This document shows positions 9,834 through 19,203 of a stretch of DNA of 64,000 bases, piece by piece. The position numbers and the translations under genes are program-made. The stretch is from an uncultured Gammaproteobacteria bacterium (lineage in GTDB: Bacteria > Patescibacteriota > Microgenomatia > Daviesbacterales > UBA10151). Positions within the stretch are counted from its first letter, which is position 1. The number at the start of each line of letters is the position of its first letter. The DNA lies in NCBI GenBank assembly GCA_964551605.1, contig CAZKCV010000003.1:15474-79473 (forward strand). Reading direction: 5' to 3'. Below the pieces are notes generated by a model. It did no database searches. It was not told the origin of the DNA and worked only from the letters and a program-made list of their open reading frames with translations.

Positions 9834-10781
9834 TTAGTTTACAGTGTTTTTGGGTACACCGCCAATAAAATTTTCTATATTAGAAGTAAACATTTCCTGC
9901 TTATTGATTGCTGCCTCCTTGCTAATATAAGCCATTGGTGGGTAGATAATGCAGTTTTGGTAAGGTAACAACTTCTTTAAATCTTCCTCTGCCATTTCAT
10001 CAGAATGGTCAAGAATAAAGATAATATCACCCTTTTTAAGCCTTTTGATCAAGGCATCAAGGTCAATTAACTCCATTGGGGCAGTATTAATAACCACAGC
10101 CCCTGCTTTAAGGACTTGGAGTCTGTCTTTGTTAAGTATCTTTTCTGTTTCCGGTGTTTGAGCTAAATTTATTGATAAAAAGGTTGCTTCTGCAACTAAA
10201 TTATCCAAATCCTCATACTTAATACCCTTTGCTTCTACATCATCTTTTCTATTCCTAGACCAATATCTAACTTCAGCATTAAATCCTAAAGCTAATTCTG
10301 CTACCCTTGTGCCTATATTTCCCAAACCAATAACTCCAAAAACCTTATCTTTAATCTCAATAGCTGAAATACTTGCTTCAGAAACATTACCCGCCCTACC
10401 CCTTCTTTTCCCTTCCTCAAGCCCCCTAATCGCTTCTAAAATAGCTGCAATGGTAAATTCTGCTACAGACTCAGTGCTATAACCAGGAAGGTTACAAACA
10501 ATTATCCCTTTTTCTTTAGCGTAAGCTGCATCAACCTTTCCAAAAGCTGTTGCCAAAATACCAATGTATTTAAGATTTGGAGCAGCATCCATCATTTGTT
10601 TATCTACCACCACTCCGAAACCAACTAATAAGCAATCCATATCTTTTAAACTTTCTTTTATTTGGGGATTATCTTTAGGGAGGATCACTTTATTTTCAGC
10701 AAGAGCATCAATTCTTTTCCAATAATCAGGACCAACCTTATTTTCATCCACATTGATTGAAAGAATTTTCTTAAATTTCAT
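9834..10781 (-). CDS. D-isomer 2-hydroxyacid dehydrogenase family protein (catalytic residues altered)
   Basis: NLPGYSTESVAE, GVIGLGNIG; INTAP and YPPMAY replace the usual INTARG and TPHIA. Confidence 0.82.
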   Translation of the reverse strand: MKFKKILSINVDENKVGPDYWKRIDALAENKVILPKDNPQIKESLKDMDCLLVGFGVVVDKQMMDAAPNLKYIGILATAFGKVDAAYAKEKGIIVCNLPGYSTESVAEFTIAAILEAIRGLEEGKRRGRAGNVSEASISAIEIKDKVFGVIGLGNIGTRVAELALGFNAEVRYWSRNRKDDVEAKGIKYEDLDNLVAEATFLSINLAQTPETEKILNKDRLQVLKAGAVVINTAPMELIDLDALIKRLKKGDIIFILDHSDEMAEEDLKKLLPYQNCIIYPPMAYISKEAAINKQEMFTSNIENFIGGVPKNTVN

Positions 10782-10933
10782 CTAGCTACTTTTTACTCTT
10801 TTTGTCTGGAACCGTCAAGCTTATTCCTATACAATCCTAAATAGTCTAACTGACAGTTTAACTACAATTATAAAAGCATTTCAGAATCCAATCTGGGCTG
10901 AATAAGTAAGACAAAGATTAAAGATAATAAAGA

Positions 10934-11875
10934 CTATAATGGTTTAACCTTTAAATTTCTAATAATAGCTCCATGTTTTAAATGAGCTCTGAATCCGACT
11001 AGGCCATATCCTAATCTAAATGGAATTTTTTGAACGTGACCGGCAAATAATCCACCTACAAGAATGTCTTTGGTTTTTTCTCTGTTGTCTTTAACTCCTG
11101 ACTCTATATGATTTACGTCCACATATACAGGTAGTATCCAGCCAAATATTGGGCTATTTTTGTAAAATATACGAGCAGTATCACCTTTTACTTCCAAGGA
11201 AATCTTAACAAAGTCTGAGAAATCTAAAGGTGGAGTAATTTCCTCTACACTCATTATTTCCCAACCTCCTTTATATCTGACATGTGGTTTTATACTAGAA
11301 ACTAGTACCAATTCTTCTCTCTTATCATCATTTATCCTTATATAACCCTCGGCATTCTCACCAATCTCTATCATAAAATAGTTATCTAAATCTTCAGCCC
11401 TAAAAATGAGACTAATAAGATTTTGGTTCCTAAAGTTATCGGGTTTGAATTTCATTTCAAAACTCATTTTAAAGTCTTTCCAATAATAATTATTTAAAAG
11501 GCATCCAGCACGCGAAGATTTAACAAATAGATACGCATCATCTACGAGTTCTGTTTTTCCATGAAATAGCCACTTATCAGGCCAGTCTTTACTATTAAAC
11601 TGATATGCTTTATTTTTATTCCTATATACATTAAACCAGCAAAACCAATTTTTAATTAATACAAAAAGTAATACCAGCAACAGGAAAAACCCAGCAACTT
11701 CAACAGCGTCTGGCGGATCAATAATATATGGAGAAATTAACTTTAATTGTTCACCAAACAAATTCCCAACCAACCTACCTGTAAAAAGAATGATTAAACC
11801 AGATAAGAACCAAGTGGCTACATCCTTTGTTAATTGCCACTTATCCTTAAAATCTAAAAATCGATTTATATCCAT
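10934..11875 (-). CDS. Hypothetical membrane protein with beta-sandwich (ConA/DUF1080-like) domain
   Basis: Two N-terminal TMs; WKDFKMSFEMK, LIFRAEDLDNYF, GLVGFR. Confidence 0.5.
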   Translation of the reverse strand: MDINRFLDFKDKWQLTKDVATWFLSGLIILFTGRLVGNLFGEQLKLISPYIIDPPDAVEVAGFFLLLVLLFVLIKNWFCWFNVYRNKNKAYQFNSKDWPDKWLFHGKTELVDDAYLFVKSSRAGCLLNNYYWKDFKMSFEMKFKPDNFRNQNLISLIFRAEDLDNYFMIEIGENAEGYIRINDDKREELVLVSSIKPHVRYKGGWEIMSVEEITPPLDFSDFVKISLEVKGDTARIFYKNSPIFGWILPVYVDVNHIESGVKDNREKTKDILVGGLFAGHVQKIPFRLGYGLVGFRAHLKHGAIIRNLKVKPL

Positions 11876-11929
11876 AAAAACCTAACGCCTGAGCAGGTTT
11901 AATTTTGGTTCGATTAACGTCAACCCTTG

Positions 11930-12195
11930 CTCCCCCGAGAGGATTCGAACCTCTAACCTAGTCATTACTTTAATGGACTATCTCATCACCATAGATTAAA
12001 CCTTTAGGTGGTGGGCGCTTAAAGATGTACTCATCTAGTCTCTGCACCTTCCCCCCGCCAAAGGCGGGAGGCTTGGCTCAGGATTGTCCTTCACTTTCGT
12101 TCAAGACGTTCCCTGAATTCACCCACTTCTCATTCCGATGTTTCCACCGAAAGCTGCTAACACAGTGACCCGCTCTACCATTGAGCTACAGGGGA
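11930..12195 (-). tRNA. tRNA-Asn(GTT), interrupted by a group I intron
   Basis: Exons 12195-12162 and 11967-11930 join to TCCCCTGTAGCTCAATGGTAGAGCGGGTCACTGTTAATGACTAGGTTAGAGGTTCGAATCCTCTCGGGGGAG. Confidence 0.93.
11968..12161 (-). ncRNA. Group I intron (IC3-like, no ORF, 194 nt)
   Basis: P GAATTCAGGGAA, Q AATCCTGAGC, R GTGCAGAGACTAGA, S GAGATAGTCC; P1 CTGT/GCAG with U-G at the splice site; terminal G. Confidence 0.92.
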
Positions 12196-12304
12196 TTATC
12201 AATGTACGGGTGATATTTTATCATTCAATAACGCCGAAATCCACCCTATTATTTTTGCTTAAAATATAGATTGCCGCGCTAATCACTCGCAATGACGGAA
12301 CAGG

Positions 12305-13393
12305 CTATTCCAGGTAATCTCTTAACTTCTTAGCTCTGGTGGGGTGCTTGAGTTTCCTGATGGCTTTGGCTTCAATTTGCCTGATTCTTTCCCTGGTGAC
12401 CCCAAACTCTTTCCCTACTTCTTCCAGAGTCCGCTGTTTACCGTCTTCCAGCCCAAATCGAAGCTGGAGCACCCTTTTTTCCCGGGGTGACAGAGAGTCC
12501 AAAACTTCATCCAGGTGAATCTTTAATAGCTCTCTGGTGGCCTGTTCATCCGGCTGTAATCCCTGATCAGCGATAAAATCCCCCAAGTGGGAATCTTCCT
12601 CATCCCCTACCGGAGTCTCCAAAGAAGTTGGCTCCTGTGAAACCTTAATAATCTCCCGGGCTTTATTCTCATCTATCCCTAATACTTTGGCTACTTCATC
12701 CGGGGTAGGTTCCCTACCCAGCTCCTGCATTAATCTCCGCTGGGTCCGGTTAAACCTATTGATTGTTTCCACCATATGGACAGGGATACGGATAGTCCTG
12801 GCCTGGTCGGCAATAGCCCTGGTAATAGCCTGTCTGATCCACCAGGTGGCATAAGTAGAAAATTTATAACCCCTTCTCCAATCATATTTATCAACCGCCC
12901 TCATCAAACCAATATTGCCCTCTTCAATTAAATCCAACAAGCTCATCCCCCGCCCGACGTATTTTTTGGCTATTGATACTACCAACCGCAAATTGGCACT
13001 GATCAGCTTATCCCGGGCCCTCTTTTCATTTTTTTCTGCTTTTTTGGCCAGCTCTATCTCGTCTTGTGCTGTTAAAAGCGGAATTTTACCGATATCACGA
13101 AGGTATTGCCTAACAGGATCTGTCACCGCACCTCCCTCCAGAGTAGATAATATCTCCAACTCTTTTTCCAACTCAGAAGGGGTTTTACTCTCAGCCTCAA
13201 GTTCTTCCGTAGTAGTTTCAAAAACATCAATGTTTTCCGCAATTAACTTAATATAAAACTCGTCTAGCTCTTTTATTGTTTCCTCCGGCTTTGGGAAAAT
13301 CTGCAAGATCTCTTCTTGGGTCACAAACCCCCGATCCTTACCTAATTTCAGGAGTTTTTTAACGTCTAATTGTACTTGTTTTTTCTTAGCCAT
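12305..13393 (-). CDS. rpoD: RNA polymerase primary sigma factor
   Basis: [44 protein letters not shown]. Confidence 0.97.
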   Translation of the reverse strand: MAKKKQVQLDVKKLLKLGKDRGFVTQEEILQIFPKPEETIKELDEFYIKLIAENIDVFETTTEELEAESKTPSELEKELEILSTLEGGAVTDPVRQYLRDIGKIPLLTAQDEIELAKKAEKNEKRARDKLISANLRLVVSIAKKYVGRGMSLLDLIEEGNIGLMRAVDKYDWRRGYKFSTYATWWIRQAITRAIADQARTIRIPVHMVETINRFNRTQRRLMQELGREPTPDEVAKVLGIDENKAREIIKVSQEPTSLETPVGDEEDSHLGDFIADQGLQPDEQATRELLKIHLDEVLDSLSPREKRVLQLRFGLEDGKQRTLEEVGKEFGVTRERIRQIEAKAIRKLKHPTRAKKLRDYLE

Positions 13394-13402
13394 ATATTTA
13401 AT

Positions 13403-13480
13403 TAGTCGTCAGCTTTCAGCTTTCAGTCGTCAGATTTTTAATTTTTAGTCTGATAGCTGAAGACTGATGACTGATAGCTA
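13403..13480. repeat. 7-bp-periodic imperfect palindrome (AGYYNTC)x4 / inverted x4
   Basis: agtcgtc agctttc agctttc agtcgtc aga - AT-rich loop - tct gatagct gaagact gatgact gatagct; fills most of the dnaG-rpoD spacer. Confidence 0.85.
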
Positions 13481-15280
13481 CTAGAGATTCTTCAACTTTA
13501 CCGACAAGTCTCTAAACCGCCTGTTCAAAGACTCTACTGTTTCCATCTTATCAAATTCCTGGGCATTCTTGATTTCCAGGGAAAGTTTTTCTAGGGATGC
13601 CTTGATTAAGGCTTTTTTAAGTTCTGAAACTACCCCCTCCAGCTCCTTCTGCCAGTATTTTGCATCAATCAGCTTGCTGTCAAGTTCTATTAAGTATAAT
13701 CTATCTATCTCTGAAAGCAACTCTTTTGGCAGGCCGGAGGCAAATTCATTAATATCAAATGCCCTACTCTTAAAAGATATGGAATCCAGGTATAATACCA
13801 GCAAAACAAAAATCTGGCGCCATTTTTCGGCTAAGAATAATGTTTCCGGAAAATTAGGAAAAAAATTGGATTCCTGTGGCGGATGTAGCAGCAAAGTAAT
13901 TAAATATTCCTCCAACAGCTCCCTTCTTGATTTGATAGAAACCACATTATCAGCAGTGGTTTTCTTCAGCAAATTAACATAGCTTTTTGAGGTCTCCTGA
14001 CGGGCTTTTTCTACGCTTTCTCTGATTATTTTTTCTTCGGTTTTCAAGAAGGCTGCCAGCCTTTGGATATAGCGCTCCCTGATTAAGTCATCCGTAATCT
14101 TCGCCCAGACAGGAATCAGCTCTTCCCCGATTCTCCTTAAATCTGCCGCTTTTTTAGTGTCATATCTTTTGGCAATCGAGGCCAAATAATAATCATAAAT
14201 AGGCACGGCTTCCTCCAAGGCCTTCTGCCATAGAGCAGGGTTCTCACGAATGACTTCTGCCGCATCCTTGCCGCCTGCCAATTGAATCACTGACAAATTT
14301 AAGCCGGCTTTATCTGCTATTTCAATACCACGGCGGGAGGCGCTATCTCCGGCCAAATCCATGTCAAAACCCAATTTTAGGTTTTCCGTATATTTTTTTA
14401 ACAGTTCAATTTGCCCTTCAGTTAAAGCCGTCCCCTTTGAGGCCACAATATTCTTAAAACCGGCCTGGAAAGACATAATCATATCCATTTCCCCTTCCAC
14501 CAAAATAGCCTCATTTGTATTCCTAATCTCTCCTTTGGCCAAATTGATACCGAAAAGGAAACTGCTTTTATCAAAAATTGCCGTCTGGGGGCTGTTAATG
14601 TATTTTGGCTCAGCCGGCAGTAAGACCCGGCCGGAAAAACCCCGCAGATGTCCTTTACCGTCAATTAAGGGAAAAGTAATCCGACCTCTAAAACGGTCAT
14701 AAGCGGAGCTTGCGGCTGCACCTAAGCTGCCGGATTTTGATGCTACCCCTAAACCGGAGGCAATAATTTCCTGGTGGCTAAAACCTCTTTTGAGTAAAAA
14801 CTTAGTCAAAGATTCCCAGGAATTAGGGGCATATCCCAAACCAAATTCTTCAATTGAAGAATTGCTGATCCCCCGTTTTCTTAAATATTCCAGGGCATTT
14901 TTACCCAGGGAGTGTTTGGTTAAAATATGGTGGAAAAATTCCTGGGCTTTTAAGTTAGCCTCAAACAACCGTTCCTTGGCATCTTTTTTATCAGAAGTCC
15001 TTTTCTGCAGAGTTATGCCGGCCTTTTTAGCCAACATTTCCAAAGCTTCCTTAAACTCCATGCCTTCCTTCTGCATCAAAAAGGTGAATAAATCGCCCCC
15101 AGCTCCGCAGCCAAAACAATGCCAGATTTGCCGTTCCGGAGAAACCACAAAAGAAGGTGTTCTCTCGTTGTGGAAAGGGCAATTGGCTTTAAAATTTACA
15201 CCTGATTTTTTTAGGGGAAGGTATTCGGAGATTAAATCAACAATATTAATTTTTTCTTTGATCAGATCAACGTCGTCCAT
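13481..15280 (-). CDS. dnaG: DNA primase
   Basis: CPFHNERTPSF, HCFGC, YDRFRGR, KYINSP, VEGEMD; start ATG 15280. Confidence 0.97.
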   Translation of the reverse strand: MDDVDLIKEKINIVDLISEYLPLKKSGVNFKANCPFHNERTPSFVVSPERQIWHCFGCGAGGDLFTFLMQKEGMEFKEALEMLAKKAGITLQKRTSDKKDAKERLFEANLKAQEFFHHILTKHSLGKNALEYLRKRGISNSSIEEFGLGYAPNSWESLTKFLLKRGFSHQEIIASGLGVASKSGSLGAAASSAYDRFRGRITFPLIDGKGHLRGFSGRVLLPAEPKYINSPQTAIFDKSSFLFGINLAKGEIRNTNEAILVEGEMDMIMSFQAGFKNIVASKGTALTEGQIELLKKYTENLKLGFDMDLAGDSASRRGIEIADKAGLNLSVIQLAGGKDAAEVIRENPALWQKALEEAVPIYDYYLASIAKRYDTKKAADLRRIGEELIPVWAKITDDLIRERYIQRLAAFLKTEEKIIRESVEKARQETSKSYVNLLKKTTADNVVSIKSRRELLEEYLITLLLHPPQESNFFPNFPETLFLAEKWRQIFVLLVLYLDSISFKSRAFDINEFASGLPKELLSEIDRLYLIELDSKLIDAKYWQKELEGVVSELKKALIKASLEKLSLEIKNAQEFDKMETVESLNRRFRDLSVKLKNL

Positions 15281-15394
15281 AGCTTTGCAATCATCTTGTC
15301 GTCCGAAAAAACGGGACCACAAGAGATTGTGGCTGGATTGTACACCAAAGAAGGCCCGAAAACAAGGCTACGGGTGAATCGAGGTAAAAACGGG

Positions 15395-15481
15395 CGGTGG
15401 GAGAGGGATTCGAACCCTCGGTAGACTTACGCCCACACGATCTTTCCAGGATCGCCGGTTAAACCACTCCCGAATCCCACC
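15395..15481 (-). tRNA. tRNA-Ser(GGA)
   Basis: CGATC-CTGGAAA-GATCG anticodon arm, long variable arm, GGTTCGAATCC. Confidence 0.95.
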
Positions 15482-15531
15482 TTCTAAATCCTAGTGATTT
15501 TAACACTTTTGACGCAAATCAGACAATGCCC

Positions 15532-15569
15532 TTGACAAAAAACAGGTATTACTATAAAATAGGTAATAC
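15532..15569 (+). promoter_or_regulatory. TA promoter with inverted-repeat operator
   Basis: TTGACA-17-TAAAAT; GTATTAC 15546-52 / GTAATAC 15563-69. Confidence 0.7.
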
Positions 15570-15570
15570 T

Positions 15571-15867
15571 ATGTTGCAAATTCAAGCTACTACTATTACT
15601 CAAAAAGGGCAAGTAACAATACCTGCACCGGTCAGAAAAGCTTTAGGCCTGAAACCCGGCGATCAAATAAATTTTAAAGTTACCGGCAAAACTAAGGCAG
15701 AGATAAAACCTAAAAAGAGATTTTCTATCATGTCACTCTACGGCTCCTTAAAACCAAAAGTCATACCAAATCTAAGCGGCCAGGAGCTAATTAAATGGGA
15801 AGAACAGGCTTGGCCGCAAGCAGCTGTAGAAAGAGATCAAAAAACTATGAGAAGTATTAACAAGTAA
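15571..15867 (+). CDS. AbrB/MazE-type antitoxin
   Basis: TITQKGQVTIPAPVRKALGLKPGD. Confidence 0.9.
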   Translation: MLQIQATTITQKGQVTIPAPVRKALGLKPGDQINFKVTGKTKAEIKPKKRFSIMSLYGSLKPKVIPNLSGQELIKWEEQAWPQAAVERDQKTMRSINK

Positions 15868-15872
15868 AAATC

Positions 15873-16274
15873 ATGATTTTACTTGATGCTAATATTATCC
15901 TGCGTTTTATTCTTGCTAATGACCCCGAGCTTTCTCCTAAAGCTGAAATTATAATTAAAAAAATTGAACAGGGAAAAGTAAAAATTCAGATAACTCTACT
16001 GGCTTTTTCGGAAGTGGTTTTTACTTTGGAGAGAGCTTACAAGATGCCTAAAGCAGAAATTACCCAAAAATTACTTTATTTACTACAAGTTAACAACTTA
16101 AAATTCGAAAAACAGAATATGCTACCTGAAATTTTTAAGTATTACCATGAAAAAAATATCAGTTTTATTGATGCTTACCATATTGTCCTGATGAATAAAA
16201 AGAAAATTAAGAATATTTATTCTTTTGACCGGGATTTTGATAAATTTCCTGAGGTTAAAAGACTTGAAAATTAA
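15873..16274 (+). CDS. PIN domain (VapC) toxin
   Basis: LLDANIILR, SFIDAYH, YSFDRDF. Confidence 0.9.
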   Translation: MILLDANIILRFILANDPELSPKAEIIIKKIEQGKVKIQITLLAFSEVVFTLERAYKMPKAEITQKLLYLLQVNNLKFEKQNMLPEIFKYYHEKNISFIDAYHIVLMNKKKIKNIYSFDRDFDKFPEVKRLEN

Positions 16275-16293
16275 AGTATTGTATACTTAGCAT

Positions 16294-16536
16294 ATGTTTA
16301 ACTGGAACATGCCGGATTTAGGAGTAGGAATTTTTATCCTGGTTTTATGGGAGGCTTTTTGGAAAGGCATTGGCCTTTGGAAATCAGCCAAAAAGGGTAA
16401 TCTTCTGTGGTTTGCAGCTATATTTTTAATTAACTTTTTCGGCTTGATCCCTATCTTTTACCTTTGGAGAACCAAGCAATTAGAAAATGTAGTAAAAGAT
16501 TTCCAAAACTTCTTTAAATCAAAGTTTCAGAAGTAA
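16294..16536 (+). CDS. Small membrane protein (DUF5652-like)
   Basis: LWEAFWKGIGLWKSAK...WF...N.FGLIPIFY. Confidence 0.7.
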   Translation: MFNWNMPDLGVGIFILVLWEAFWKGIGLWKSAKKGNLLWFAAIFLINFFGLIPIFYLWRTKQLENVVKDFQNFFKSKFQK

Positions 16537-16543
16537 TTAGAAT

Positions 16544-17710
16544 TTAAGCAACTCCTACAGCAGGATAAAAATTTGCAAGATAATCCTTTGCTGTATCTGT
16601 CCAAAGCTGAGGATCGCATCCAGCTTTTTCAACTACTCCACCACGAACCTTTAAGGTCTCCGGGTCAGTATCTAAATAGCGGTAAGTTCTAAAACTAACC
16701 TCTTTCACATGCTCAAAAGCATCAACTAAATAATGTAAACCTTCTTGCTTTGCTCTTTGTTGTAACCGGACAGCCCCTCTATGAATGGTTGCACTTTCTT
16801 TAGGCCAAACTCTTGCATGATAATCATCTTCCATAGTCTCAGCAATCTTGGGCTCTATATTTAGGTAACCGGCCACTGTCTCAAGCGCTGCAGAGGTTTT
16901 AATAATAGCTTCCCATTGCCCAGGTTCCAAATCCTCAAAATCCAGGTAAGCAAACATATTTAATCCATCTGAGCTTATCCCTTGAATAAAGCCTAATTTA
17001 TCTATAGCGATGTAAAAAGTTCCTAGAGGAGAATCAAATAAAGCTTGTAGTCCTTTCCTCATCTTATTAGCTTCCTTCGTGAATTCGGTAGTCCCGAGTA
17101 GTGAGTCAGCCTCTCTTAATGCTGCCATATATTGAGCTTGAAGATTAGGAAAAACAACAGGATAAACAACTTTACCATCCTCTCTACCTGGCGTCATTGA
17201 ATCTTTCCAATCAGTCCTGTCAAGGGCAAAATCCTGCGCGCCGCATAGCTTAGGGTCTTCCTCAAATTGATAGGTACATGAATTAATGTGAGAAAATACG
17301 TAAACCTCTATTGCTCCCTGTAGATTATCTCTAAATCTTTCTGCTAACGATCTATCCCCAGTTGCTCTTTGATAATGAGCGTGACCTATCAGATAAAGCG
17401 CGTCGGCATCAGAAGCATTATATTCTGTTGATAGCCCTCTTTTTACAACTACACCTGGTAACTGATGATGGTATTTAAAACGCTCAGCACCAGTTAAAGA
17501 GTCAGCTGTCTTTGCCTGATGTAAGTTACCAAAGATTAATTGACCTCTAATCATTTCTAGGTCATTAGCCATTATGCCAGATTCAAGCTGATCCCTGGAA
17601 AAATTTTGGATGAAGCCTTCATCTTCTCTACCTTCGTTTAAACCAGCCTTATAGAGTAATAATCCATCCGGCGTACAGATCTTTAGTCTTTCCCTTAGCT
17701 CAGGTGACAT
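16544..17710 (-). CDS. Six-hairpin glycosidase (amylo-alpha-1,6-glucosidase/debranching-like), divergent
   Basis: FSRDQLES, YNASDADALY, DWKDS, YHARVWP, PQLWT. Confidence 0.7.
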   Translation of the reverse strand: MSPELRERLKICTPDGLLLYKAGLNEGREDEGFIQNFSRDQLESGIMANDLEMIRGQLIFGNLHQAKTADSLTGAERFKYHHQLPGVVVKRGLSTEYNASDADALYLIGHAHYQRATGDRSLAERFRDNLQGAIEVYVFSHINSCTYQFEEDPKLCGAQDFALDRTDWKDSMTPGREDGKVVYPVVFPNLQAQYMAALREADSLLGTTEFTKEANKMRKGLQALFDSPLGTFYIAIDKLGFIQGISSDGLNMFAYLDFEDLEPGQWEAIIKTSAALETVAGYLNIEPKIAETMEDDYHARVWPKESATIHRGAVRLQQRAKQEGLHYLVDAFEHVKEVSFRTYRYLDTDPETLKVRGGVVEKAGCDPQLWTDTAKDYLANFYPAVGVA

Positions 17711-17747
17711 ATGCTAATATTACAAATTTATACTAAGGTTATCTCCT

Positions 17748-18344
17748 TTAAAAAGTCAAGCACAAGAGATATTCCTGATTACCTCCTCCACCCAAAATCG
17801 GTGATGCCATTTGATTATTGGCCTTAAATCCTAAATTAGTAATCTTATCTATAACTTGTTCTTTGACCAACTCAGCTTTATCTGACGGCAGAACACCCTT
17901 AACAAGATCTCTTTTTTCTGCTTCATAATGAGGTTTTAAAAGAGCAATAATTTTGCCTTCCGGCTTTAGAAACTTTTTCACAATAGGCAGAATCAATTCC
18001 AATCTTGTCCAGCCGGCATCAATAGTGATTAAATCCACCTGGAAGGAGTAAGCAGAGCTTGCGACCTGACGGTCTTCAGAGCCCACCTTCCAGGTGTCGG
18101 GAAAAAGGATATTGGTTCTCTCCATTACCACTACCCGGGGGTCATTGCGAAGTTTCCAGGCTAATTCCCCATAAGCTGTATCTAACGCATAAACTTTTTT
18201 GGCTCCAGTTTGTAACAGGCAATCCACAAAACCACCTGTAGAAGAACCGACATCCAGCACTGTTTGGTCTTGAATATCAACATGAAATTGCTCTAGTGCT
18301 GCTCGGAGTTTAATGCCGCCTCTGGAAACAAACTGGTTATCCAT
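17748..18344 (-). CDS. tlyA: TlyA family rRNA 2'-O-methyltransferase lacking the S4 domain
   Basis: FVSRGGIKL, LDVGSSTGGF, LLKPHYE, SPILGGGGNQEY. Confidence 0.88.
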   Translation of the reverse strand: MDNQFVSRGGIKLRAALEQFHVDIQDQTVLDVGSSTGGFVDCLLQTGAKKVYALDTAYGELAWKLRNDPRVVVMERTNILFPDTWKVGSEDRQVASSAYSFQVDLITIDAGWTRLELILPIVKKFLKPEGKIIALLKPHYEAEKRDLVKGVLPSDKAELVKEQVIDKITNLGFKANNQMASPILGGGGNQEYLLCLTF

Positions 18345-18744
18345 TTTTTCTCATTTCCAAAGCTTTTTTAAGTAATGACCTGTCCTGAGAAAAAGTCAAC
18401 TGTTTTAAGGCTTCTTCCGGCTCAAACCACCCTGACTCCTCCACCTCCCAATCATGATCAGCTATATTTCCGGATACATACTTCATCAAAAAATAAGTTA
18501 CTACTTTGAAGATCTTTTCATCATTAAAAGTATATACATATTTGGAATAGCCTACCTTACCTATAATCTCGGCCTCCACCCCGCCTTCTTCCCTGACTTC
18601 CCTTAAGGCAGATTCTTCCATTGTTTGTCCAGGATGATCAAGCAAGCCTTTAGGAAAACTCCAATGGTGATTTTGGGAGTGCTTAGTTAAAAGCACTTTT
18701 CCTTCGTTAAAAACTATTCCACCAGCTGAAAATTCTCGTTTCAT
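18337..18744 (-). CDS. NUDIX hydrolase
   Basis: SAGGIV, WSFPKG...SALREVREEGG; start ATG 18744. Confidence 0.92.
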   Translation of the reverse strand: MKREFSAGGIVFNEGKVLLTKHSQNHHWSFPKGLLDHPGQTMEESALREVREEGGVEAEIIGKVGYSKYVYTFNDEKIFKVVTYFLMKYVSGNIADHDWEVEESGWFEPEEALKQLTFSQDRSLLKKALEMRKNG

Positions 18745-18768
18745 GTTTTTAATCCACTTTATAATAAG

Positions 18769-18842
18769 TACGCCTGAGAGGATTCGAACCTCCGACCCCA
18801 AGATCCGGAATCTTGTACTCTAATCCACTGAGCTACAGGCGC
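18769..18842 (-). tRNA. tRNA-Arg(CCG)
   Basis: CAAGA-TTCCGGA-TCTTG anticodon arm, full cloverleaf. Confidence 0.95.
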
Positions 18843-18843
18843 A

Positions 18844-18999
18844 TCATAACAACGCATCTTCGACATCTTTTTTAAAAGACTTTTTATCAAAAAATCCAAT
18901 CTTCCATCTGGCTGTTGCTCCACGACACCATGCTCTCGCAAATAAGAGCTTCTTGACTTTTCTTGGTTTAATTGGTTTTTTAGTTTTTGGTAATGACAT
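18844..18999 (-). CDS. Putative 51-aa basic small protein between two tRNAs
   Basis: MSLPKTKKPIKPRKVKKLLFARAWCRGATARWKIGFFDKKSFKKDVEDALL*; fills the spacer almost exactly. Confidence 0.4.
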   Translation of the reverse strand: MSLPKTKKPIKPRKVKKLLFARAWCRGATARWKIGFFDKKSFKKDVEDALL

Positions 19000-19002
19000 A
19001 AG

Positions 19003-19084
19003 CGGAGGGTGCAGGAGTCGAACCTGCTAGGGCTTTCACCCGATGGTTTTCGAAACCATTACCTTACCGTCCGGCCCACCCTCC
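19003..19084 (-). tRNA. tRNA-Ser(CGA)
   Basis: ATGGT-TTCGAAA-ACCAT anticodon arm, variable arm, GGTTCGACTCC. Confidence 0.9.
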
Positions 19085-19090
19085 CTAAAG

Positions 19091-19163
19091 CGCGCCTGGA
19101 GGGAATTGAACCCCCGACTTCAACGTCCGCAACGTTGCGCTCTATCCGCTGAGCTACAGGCGC
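19091..19163 (-). tRNA. tRNA-Arg(GCG)
   Basis: CAACG-TTGCGGA-CGTTG anticodon arm, full cloverleaf. Confidence 0.93.
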
Positions 19164-19203
19164 AGGTAATGTGTATTGTACAACAGGCGAAGCTAATATG
19201 CGA

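Noticed and set aside
11885-11900. acgcctgag match to the 3' end of tRNA-Arg(CCG), possible att remnant
   Set aside because: Only 9 nt identical, no integrase, not distinguishable from chance
18844-18999. Ribosomal protein L33 or S21 call for the small basic ORF
   Set aside because: Lacks the signature motifs; kept only as hypothetical
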